Assembly (NCBI GenBank): GCA_003427395.1
Contig: BFEA01000024.1
Span: forward strand, 3,698,802-3,750,318
Length of the DNA: 51,517 bases
Direction of reading: 5' to 3'
From: Chara braunii
Taxonomy: Eukaryota > Plantae > Charophyceae
Shown piece by piece: positions 10,407 to 19,972 of the stretch. Each line of letters opens with the position of its first letter. Position 1 is the stretch's first letter. The notes under the pieces were generated by a model. It saw only the letters and a program-made list of their open reading frames with translations. It did no database searches and was not told the DNA's origin. The translations under genes and the position numbers were made by a program.

Positions 10407-13400
10407 ATGCAGAATCAATCCATGGAAGTCGATACACCACAAGATAATACTATCACGACAGACTGGCAAGCCAAAGGACTCAAGATAATTAGTTGGAACG
10501 TCAATGGGCTGGGTAATGCATTGACGGAGGAAGACAAATCAAGGGATATCCGATTAGGACTCTACGACAGGAACAGACCCAGATCAGATGTGGTATTACT
10601 CCAAGAAACGCACCTATCCAACCTTCCAACCCACAAGAACATAAAAAGGGCAATAGAGAAAAACTTGGGAGGCTGCGCTTTTGCATTATGGTCCAACCTC
10701 GAAGGGCTCAGCAAACGGGGGACATCCATACTTATACCTAGTGCCTCCAAGCTATGGGCAGAAGGTCAGATTCTTAACAATGAGGGAGACAACGTAGAAG
10801 GTAGATGGTCATGGATAGACATCAGATGGCAAGACGAGGAACTGAGAATTCTGAACATCTACGCCCCCAACCCAGAAAACGAACGTTTGACCTTCTTTAC
10901 CAACATCCAGCCCCTCATCCCTAACCCCCAATCGGTGATCATCGCAGGGGATTGGAACACGACCTTGGATCCAAACTTAGACCGTATCTCTCGCTCGCTA
11001 CTGATAGGCCCGACAAGAGCAGGAACCCACATAAGAAACATCATGACAAAATTCGACCTCATCGACCCCTTCAGAGTGCTGCATCCAGAGAAAAAGGCCT
11101 TCTTACTGGTAAAAAAGAATCAGGCCAACCGAACATCACTATCCAGGATCGACTTCTTCTTAATTTCCAAGCACCTCCAAGGCACAATCAAACAAGCTGA
11201 GATCCGCCCACCAGCGGCCTTCCGGGGTCTAGATCACAAGCCAGTAGAATTGCTCCTGAACTTCGACTCCCCCACGGAAAAAGGTCGGGGCTTCTACAGA
11301 ATCAACAACTCCCTCTTAGCCACCGAAAGACTAACAGAAGCAGTAAGATGGAATTGGTTTTTCATGAGACAGAACTGCGCCAGACTGGATAACAGACATA
11401 AATGGTTCACAGACAGCTACGCAGACCTCACCAAGACATTCTCAGCGGAGTCCAGAAGCATTGCAGGAGAACGGAAAATCAGAAAAGAAGAACTCCAACT
11501 CGCCATGTCTCTTGCAGAGGACAACCTGGTCGCAGATCCCTCAAATACTCTCTACAACCAACTACTAGACTCATCAAGAGAGGAACTAAACGAATGGAGG
11601 AGATGGGAACTGAGAGGCTTACAGATCCGAGCCAGGATGACCGATCACATCCTCAACGAATCCATGACAAAGCACTTCTTCGCCAAAATTAAAGCTAACG
11701 CGAGGAATAACAACATCGAAGGGTTGAAGAATCCAGATAATCAGAACAGGATCGACCAATCGGGATTGGGGATGGTGGAAATATCAAGATCATTTTACGC
11801 ACAGCTCTACGAGTCCAAAACACCTTCCCCCCTCCCCTCAACCAACTCAGCAACACGACAGCGAATGATGGCCTACCTGGAGAAGACAATCACACTAGAA
11901 CAGACTGAGGGGCTGGAGAGACCACTCTCGCTAGGGGAACTACACACAACCCTGATTCAGATTGGCAACGATAAAGCCCTGGGCATCGATGGACTATCGA
12001 AGGAATTCTGGGTCCACTTCTGGCCCACACTAGGCGAGGACCTGCTAAATTTCTTCAATGACAGCAGAGACCGGGGAGGACTAGGCCAAAATCTGAGCAC
12101 AAGCGTAGTATCGTTACTCCACAAAAAAGGCGAGAAAGAGGATTTGAAGAACTATCGACCCATCTCGCTTCTCACCACCCCCTACAAGATCCTAGCAAAA
12201 GCACTAGCTAACATGATCATAAATCTGACTAACAAATGCTTCCACATAGACCAAGCAGGTTTCATCCCAGGCCGGTATATACTAGACAACGTGATGACTC
12301 TGAATGAGGCGGCCAAAAAGATAACCGAAAAAAAGATGAAAGCAGCAATCTTGTTTTTCGACTTCGAAAAGGCCTACGACCAAGTCAACTGTGACTTCCT
12401 CCACGCGTGTATGGAAAAAATGGGGCTTGGCCCGAACTTTAGAAAGTGGGTCAAAGTGTTGTATGCAGATGCAACCGACAGGGTGCAGGTCAATAGGATC
12501 CTGTTGGAATCCTACCCCATCTCCAGATCCGTACGACAAGGCGACCCCCTAGCTCCTCCCATCTTCCTTTTCATTATGGAAGCGATAGCTTCCTTCCTCC
12601 GCAAAGATCCGTCCATAGATCGGCTCACCGAACGGAATTTCAACCCACTGCACGACTTCGCCATACCCACTGCTCTGATGTTCGCAGACGGCCTCACAGT
12701 CCTTATTTGTGCCAATTACAGCTCTTTCCAATCCCTCGTGAGGGCTATGGAGGCCTTCCGTCTAGCATCCGAAATGAAGGTCAATTGGAGCAAGACCGAA
12801 GGTTGGTGGTTAACAGACGAGACCCCCCCCCAACCCGAGGGCACCGCCACACCCATGTCATGGTCCACAGGCGAACAAGCACTCAGATACCTAGGCATCA
12901 TGGTCAACAAGGAGGGGGTATGGTAGATGTGTATAAGAGACACACAGGCGAACAAGCACGTAGATACCTAGGCATCATGGTCAACAAGGAGGGGGGATGG
13001 CCAGGAATGGGCCACAGCCTAATTGCCAAAGCCATAACCCGCCTGGCCCCATGCAGGAAGGCACACGCATCACTAATCGGGAGGGCATTAATCATAAACA
13101 CAACCATCTTCTCCACACTATGGTACATCGCATCCATTTGGTCTCCCCCGGACACGGACTTCCAAACCATAAAGGCCAAAGCAAGATGCTATTTGTGGAC
13201 AGGTGATCCCAACCGGACCACTTGCATCAAAAGGGTAGCTTGGAGCCACATCATCAGGAAACCGCAGGAGCGAGGCCTAGGCCTAATTGACCCCAAGCAG
13301 GAGTCAACAGCACTACAGATGAAATGGATCATTAAGATCTTGTCCAGACAGTACCTACCATGGACCAAGATGGCTCTAGACAGCATAAGAAACCTAGCAC

Positions 13401-14974
13401 CGATAAGCTCCCCACCGAACATGAGCGGCTACTTCTGGATTACGGCAAGAGAGTGGACGATAAGATCAGGCAGATCCCGCAGAAGCACCACACGAAACTC
13501 AGACAACCAGACAGCCCCAACACCCAACCCATACTGGACTCCGACTCTGAAGGCCTGGAGACGTTTGATGCCAAGCAAACATGGCACAGTGGAATCAAAA
13601 GAGGAGGCTCTGAGACAACCGCTGTTCTGTAATGAGTGGATCAAGGACCCCGAGGGCAACCCATGGTCACTAAGAAATAGGGACCGGAGATGGCTATCGT
13701 GGGTTGAAAAAGGGGTATGGCAGGTGAAGCACGTGTGGGCAGAAGAACGGGGAGAATGGCGAAAGGAACATGAACTTCGAAACACGCTAAGAGGCTGCCA
13801 CGCCCTCGCAGAAAACCTACGCACAATCCAGAAGAGCATTCCACCCCATTGGATCTGTCTCTTGAAAGAAGACTTCTCTTGGAAACCAGGGGACTGGGGT
13901 ATACTTGTATCCCAAACCCCACCGATCAGAGCATACCGGTTCGTGTCCCGCTTACCAGCCACCGGATACCGTTCCAAGTTCTACTCCTATCCCATCGCCA
14001 ACCATAACCTCCAGGAACGAACCATAATGAACAAAGAACCGCAGCTAGAGACGATAGAGTCCTTTCTGCTGAGAAAAGTGAGAGTGTCGAAGACCAAACC
14101 ATGGATAATCTTCCAGCCCGACCTCAGCATCGCGGAACTCAAATTCGACCCTAAGGAATGGGCATGGAAACAAGGCGAACCCGGAAGAACCAGAACGATA
14201 CTGGAATGCGATGTGAAATTCGGATACGAGCTAGGCCTACGAACCACGGACCCCAACCCCAAACTCGAAGACAGATGGAGAGGGACACTGAACCTAGAGC
14301 CAACAACGTCAATGACCATCCCTTGGACAAAATACCTCCCCATAAAACCAGTTAGAATACAAAGCCTACAATGGCTCCTAGCCCACGCAGCACTCCCTGT
14401 CAACCAGTGGCTCCACAAAAGAAGAAAACACTCAGACCCCAACAGCTCGGAACTATGCGTAATGTGCGATGACAACGTCCCTGAAGACATCCCTCACTGC
14501 CTCCTATACTGCAACCAAGCAGCCTGGATATGGAACAAAGTCCAAAATCTGTGGCACCGTCTCTTCTCAGCCCCCCCCCCCAACCTCACCCCCCAGAACA
14601 TCCTACTTCTATCTAACATCAGCGACAGTCTAAGAGGCGGAAAAGCAGTCTGGTTCCACATGCTCAGGAAGCTAGCTCTGTGGGTAATCTGGAAAAGGAG
14701 ATGCACCAANACGATCGAAGGTACCGAGGTGGCAAGAGAAGAAATGTGGGCTCTACTGCTAGGAATGGGGGAAACCGAGATTCGATCCAGATGGAAGGAG
14801 GTGACATCAACAACGAAAGGCAGACCAGAGAGTACAGCCATCAAGAGACGGGTCTTCACGAGAGACTGGCTCTTACAGGGAAAGATTGCAACTGTTTCAG
14901 ATAACAGATTGATATGGAAGAAATGGCACAGCACAACTCCAACAAGGACGGGGCCCCAGGGAGGTTTAAACTGA
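10407..14974 (+). CDS. L1-a ORF2: APE endonuclease - RT - CCHC zinc finger (about 1496 aa after removing a 77-bp artifact)
   Basis: EN: SWNVNG, LQETH, NIYAPN, AGDWN, SRIDFFL, DH. RT: GIDG, NYRPISLL, DFEKAYD, VRQGDPLAP, FADG, YLGI. C-terminal CVMC...HCLLYC. Confidence 0.93.
12925..12942 (+). other. Nextera/Tn5 mosaic-end adapter remnant (assembly artifact)
   Basis: agatgtgtataagagaca matches the first 18 of the 19 ME bases. It sits between two 58-bp copies (12866-12923, 12943-13000). Confidence 0.95.
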
Positions 14975-15252
14975 GATTCTAATCTCAACAGTATAGACAA
15001 CTCTCCTCTTTTCTTGCGTTATACGAATCATCTGACAGAGTCCTAAAGATTCTGAGAGGAAAAGTGGTAGGGCAAGTTGACAGTCAATCCTCCGGATATG
15101 GAGTAATCAATGCTAGTCAGGGTTCCTTCGGCCTAATGGAAGGAAGCATGAGAGTGTTCACCATGTATTCCAACTTTTGACTTGCCGGTGGAAAGGAACC
15201 GGACTGACGCTCCCCAGAATGGATAAGGAGCCAGGACCATAAGGACCTGTTT

Positions 15253-15295
<43 letters not shown>

Positions 15296-15317
15296 AAAAA
15301 AAAAAAAAAAAAAAAAA

Positions 15318-18135
15318 AGAAGGAGATAAAAGTAGTCAGATGGGACAAAGGAGGAGAAGAGGAAGAAGCGGATAACTCAGAGGAAAAGGAGGGGCATGCG
15401 ATTGAAGCAGATAATGATCTGTCTCTCACGCAGGCAGCGATCTTATCCATAGGTAGACTTATCGGGCCATTAGAGGCGAAGGGAGCAAATGCATCACTCA
15501 GAGCTTTCCTCACATATCTTATGGCGTCATGCGCTCCCGAACGCGGAATATTGTGTGCGTTTGCCAACCACTTCGGAAAGAAATCGATCTCGCTGATACG
15601 GAACGAGACATGGCCATCAGTACATGGAAAATACTGCTTGTAGGGCCCACAACAGCAAACCGGCTCAGCAAATCTCGAGGCCTTGTGATAGTTGTGAAGA
15701 ATTGCCCAACACTCTCGTTCTTGACCCACACTACTCTCAACCTTCTTATCAATAATTTCTTCCATACCTTGGGAATATCCAATGATCGAATGGTATCAAT
15801 GGCCACAGAACGTACTGCAGCCTTTGAAATGAACTCATCGAAAGTTATCCGCACAACAATCCTCTCGCGTACAGAGATTCCGAAACATCTTCGGATCACA
15901 TTAGACAAGACAACGCGAAGTGAAAATCGCGATCGTTTCTCAGAAAAACATCAGACTGCGCTGAACGCGAGAACCAGCTCATCAAACGACCAAGAATAAA
16001 GATCTCTCCGTCGAACTGGATTAGACAGAAGTTGCGTCAAAGACTGTTTAAGACGGACCAAGGAAGAATATGAAAAATTGATGCTCACAAAATGAATACT
16101 AACGCCTCCACGTAAACACTCTCTCGCCTTCTTCAGTTGCTGTTGACTTGTTTCTAGAGCCACTACAGATGTGCCAAAACTTCGTTTGACCAGTCTCCAC
16201 CCATCAACCAATACATCCCCACTCCCCTTTATCAAAGCACGACTTGAGAATACTCACAACACTACTCGACTGTTGACCATCGGAAGAAGTGAAACTAAGA
16301 ATACCCTTTCCACGACGATCCCTAATCATATCATCATTCTTCCGGCTCAACCGTCTCCTCATGTTCGCCCTCTCCCTCTTGCCCTTCCTCTTTCTTTTGG
16401 ACGAGCTCCTCTTTCCTTTGAAATTAAGATGCGGGGAAAAGATCCTAATCAGGGTATTTTCTACCGACAATACATCATCCTTGTTACACACACATAGAGG
16501 AATAGCCACAAATTTGTCTACCGCAAAGCATCGCATCCATCGATAAAATTTATGATTCCTTTGTGCCTTTCCTCCTTCCCCGCATCTGTAAACATGCTCT
16601 CTCCACCTAGTCGGGAGATTCCTCGTTGTTGACCCAATATAGACGTGTCTGCACCACGGGAAGACAACAACATAGACTAAAGGTCCTTTACACGACAGAA
16701 AATCGTAGCCCTTCAACCCAAGATGTTCCACATACCCGCGAAACTTCACCAACCAAGAAATATAATCAGAGCAGACCAGAGCGAGGACCAACAGCCGGAA
16801 AAGACAGTCGATCTGAATATTACGAAAATAAATAGAGGACGAAGCCCTAATAGCAGAACATTTAGTCAAACATAGCCACGAGGTGTTCGCACTCGGGAAG
16901 GACCCCTATGCATCCGATACCTCATGAATTTCCACTCCCGAGACAACACCCTTGGCCTTACCTACCTCTTCCGCATTAACCAAATCTTGACTCCTATCAT
17001 CATCCTCCTCATCGTCGTCTTGTCCAAGTTCCTTATCAAGTCGCTTCTCAACAATCGAGTCAATAGCCTGTTTAATGGTAACGAACTCTACCCCCTCATC
17101 AACACATACCTTTTGGATCTGGTGCTTTCTCATCCCCCGAAGCTCTTATCGGGCTTTCTTCTTGAACGCCACCATCCTCGACGCTCGTCCTTTGGTGGCC
17201 GTGGCTTTCAATCCCTCGGTTGGGTGAAAGTGAACTTCATCGTCGGACTCCTCAGGTTCGGCTGCTTCTTCAAAGGAAGGTCGCAGGTTCGATCGTGACG
17301 GGCATGGCGTTTTTGCGGTCAACATCTTGCGTAGTTTGACTGTTTCTAGTTGAGCCTGCGCCTCCATTTCCTTCAGTAGATGGACTTCAGCCCGCATCGT
17401 CTTGTTATCTTCAAGTATCCGCTTGTATGCCGACTTCAGTCTTTGTATCTCGCTCACTGGTTCCACGGCTAGGTGCAGTCCGTTCTGATGCAGTCCCAAG
17501 GGAGTTGATTGTATTCCCCCATCAGCTAGCACTCTTGCTCTCTGCTTGGATCCATATCTTTGCTGCTCAAATTGCACTTGTGTTAACTTTTTTCTTCAAT
17601 TCCTAATTCTCCAACGAAAGTTTCTCCAACCTGGATTCCATCGTCTTTCTATACTCCTCATTTTCGCGCCTCAGTCGAGCGACCTCATCCTCCTTGGTCT
17701 CCTCATTCCCACTCTTGCCCACAATAGTCGTACAGATCTCCTTGAACGTTTGGCTTAGCAACTCACTCATTTCTTGATGAATCCTCTTTTTATGTCGTTC
17801 CTCACGTTCGCGTTCTTTCTTGAGTTTCTCCTCTTCCTCCGCTTTAATTCGTTTCTTCTCCCTTTGAACCGCCTCTTTGGCTTCCTTTTCTGCCCTCCAC
17901 CAATCGTACATCTCATTGAATCTCGCTTGGTTGCTTCTCCACCAGCCTTGACGTGGAGCCGTTGTCCCAATGGCATTACCAGTCGATGCCACTAGGTTCT
18001 ATTGTGAAGGAGCAGGCGGTGCCAACAGCCCTGGGCCCTGCACAGGTACAATCGCATTACTTTGTCCGGGGGAAGACGAAGATGAAGCCGCATTCGTGCT
18101 CTGTGTCACTTGCGAGTAACTCCCCCCCCCCCTGA
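15318..18135 (-). mobile_element. PLE-1, 5' portion: N-terminal extension, GIY-YIG and H/CxC/H linker (decayed)
   Basis: Collinear minus ORF pieces: coiled coil (17603-17992, 17146-17577), SAP-like plus acidic (16906-17133), GIY-YIG, then ILHNY..CCC..DGHVSFR (15133-15765). Confidence 0.88.
16204..16869 (-). pseudogene. PLE-1 GIY-YIG endonuclease domain
   Basis: LVYVVVFPWCRHVYIGSTTRNLPTRWREH ... VENTLIRIFSPHLN (Y, YIG, R, H, E, N catalytic set), followed by a basic NLS-like tract. Confidence 0.92.
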
Positions 18136-18174
18136 TAACCATTACTCCCATAATTCCTATGACATTCAAAAAAA

Positions 18175-18249
18175 CGTTCGCGTTTGCCAGATTTTCATGC
18201 CCGAACACGTTCGAGCGAACGTATTCTCGTTCGCTGGCAAACGCGAACG
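18175..18249. repeat. Long hairpin / inverted repeat
   Basis: Perfect 16-bp arms cgttcgcgtttgccag / ctggcaaacgcgaacg enclose an inner IR gaacacgttcg / cgaacgtattc. Confidence 0.9.
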
Positions 18250-18440
18250 GCATGCAACGCAGATTCTGCATAACATACAATTGTTACAAATTTTTATTCT
18301 CATTTTTTTCTGGGTTTTATTTTTTTCAATTTATTTGTTTTTTCTGTTTTTGATTTTTAAATCGAGTTTGGTACAAATTTTTTAGATGATCTTGAACAAA
18401 AGTTGTTTGAAATATGATGATTTTGCATAACATACTTTGT

Positions 18441-19800
18441 TTTCATTTGATCAGGCATTTCATTCAATCAGGCATTCAAACGCTTTCATTTGATCAAGCA
18501 TTTCAAGAGTTTCGGTCCAATGAGAACTAAGGCCTTGACTATTATCAGTACCCTGCACATGATTATCACAAACACTTACCTTAAAAAGTGACTTGGTATA
18601 GATCATCAAACTGTTTTTTACTGAGTCACTACTTTTGGGATATCCCATCCAGATTCTCAGAGAAGCCGTACTAGCTCTGAGACGTTCTAAAATGAAAAAG
18701 AAAACAACATCAAAATTGATCCACTGGCTAATTACGCAAGAGCAGTTAAGGCTCACACGGTCTCTGACAGATAGCGGGTGACAGACTACGCAACAGATAG
18801 AGAGGAAGCGCCTATCGGAGGATTTGACAGTTATTCACTGACTACACGCGACGTACAGGCAACAATTTGAGGCAACTGGTACCCGTGTCACACGAGGACT
18901 GGCAGATGAACGGTACTCGTTGGGACCGACAGACTACTGATACTACTCAAGTTTTCGACTGAAACGTGGCTATATTCACACCAAGGCCTTGGATGTTTTA
19001 GGCCCTGGGACGTAGTGTAGCGCGATCTCTCGCGACGAGAAGTGCTCGAGGAGTGTGACGTACGGTGATCTGTGGAGGGAGGATGATCGGACGGGATCAG
19101 GGCAAGGAACTTGTAATCTCTGGGGAGAAGCAGCAATAGTCGGGAGCACGACTATTTAAGAAGTAGTATTGAAGCTTTTCGTCGCTTGAGTGGACGAGGC
19201 AGAAGGGTGATGTTGGGTTGTTCACGGAACATCCCAGTTCTCTTTCATTTGGCACATTACGTCCTCCACGAGAGTAAAGCCTCACATTTTGTGCTAAATT
19301 TTTTCAATCAGTTTTCACACAGCTTACTTGGAGCATACGGGAGGTTGTACCCGGGCTTGTCGATAAGCGAACCTCTTGTTGTCCATCAACGGGTAGGCTA
19401 TTGTTATTGTGTCTCTCTAACAGGTTTGGTGAGAGTACTGCAAGGCGCACGCGAGGTGGCGGTTGAGGTTTCAATTTCGCATCTTTATGGACTCCATGGC
19501 AATGTATCAGTTATTAAATATATTTGGAGTGGAGCGCGGTCTGCTGGATTATACGTTGTTTTAAAAGAAAATTGTAACATGTTCATTTTCTTACGTACAT
19601 CTTGCATTTAATCTACTTCACATATTGTGTTAGCGTTTTTCTATTCAGCTTGGCACTTGGCAACAAAAAAATATTTTCGGATATTCTCTAGGTCTTTTTA
19701 TGAACCGTTGATTGGATAATTTTCTTTCCGATAGCGTGTTTTACGTCATAATTTACGTCACACTTTACTTTGGGTTTTTTAATATTTTGATTAATTGCCA
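18441..19800 (+). mobile_element. PLE-2 upstream partial tandem copy (pseudo-LTR: RT C-terminus plus 3' UTR)
   Basis: 18481-18687 is a close copy of 23735-23940 and continues into the ORF end and UTR that are missing downstream. The right boundary is approximate. Confidence 0.8.
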
Positions 19801-19972
19801 TCATGATGGCGTTGTTACAAAGTCTGATTATTATTTGATTAACGGATTAGGACCACATGTATGACTATCCACCCCGATGATATCACAGTCTTTTAACAAT
19901 TGGAAATCTTATTTGCTTTGCATTGTACAGTAATCTCACCATTCCGGGTTATTGGGTGCATTCTCCTAAAGC

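Larger units (their letters stand above)
8340..15317 (+). mobile_element. L1/Tx1-clade LINE (L1-a), ~7 kb, 5'-truncated within ORF1, inserted in PLE-1
   Basis: 17-bp TSD agaaggagataaaagta at 8323-8339 and 15318-15334; ORF1 + ORF2; ~280-bp 3' UTR; poly(A) at 15254-15317. Confidence 0.95.

Noticed and set aside
12707-12926. Programmed frameshift or third ORF in the LINE
   Set aside because: Explained by the 77-bp adapter-plus-duplication artifact.
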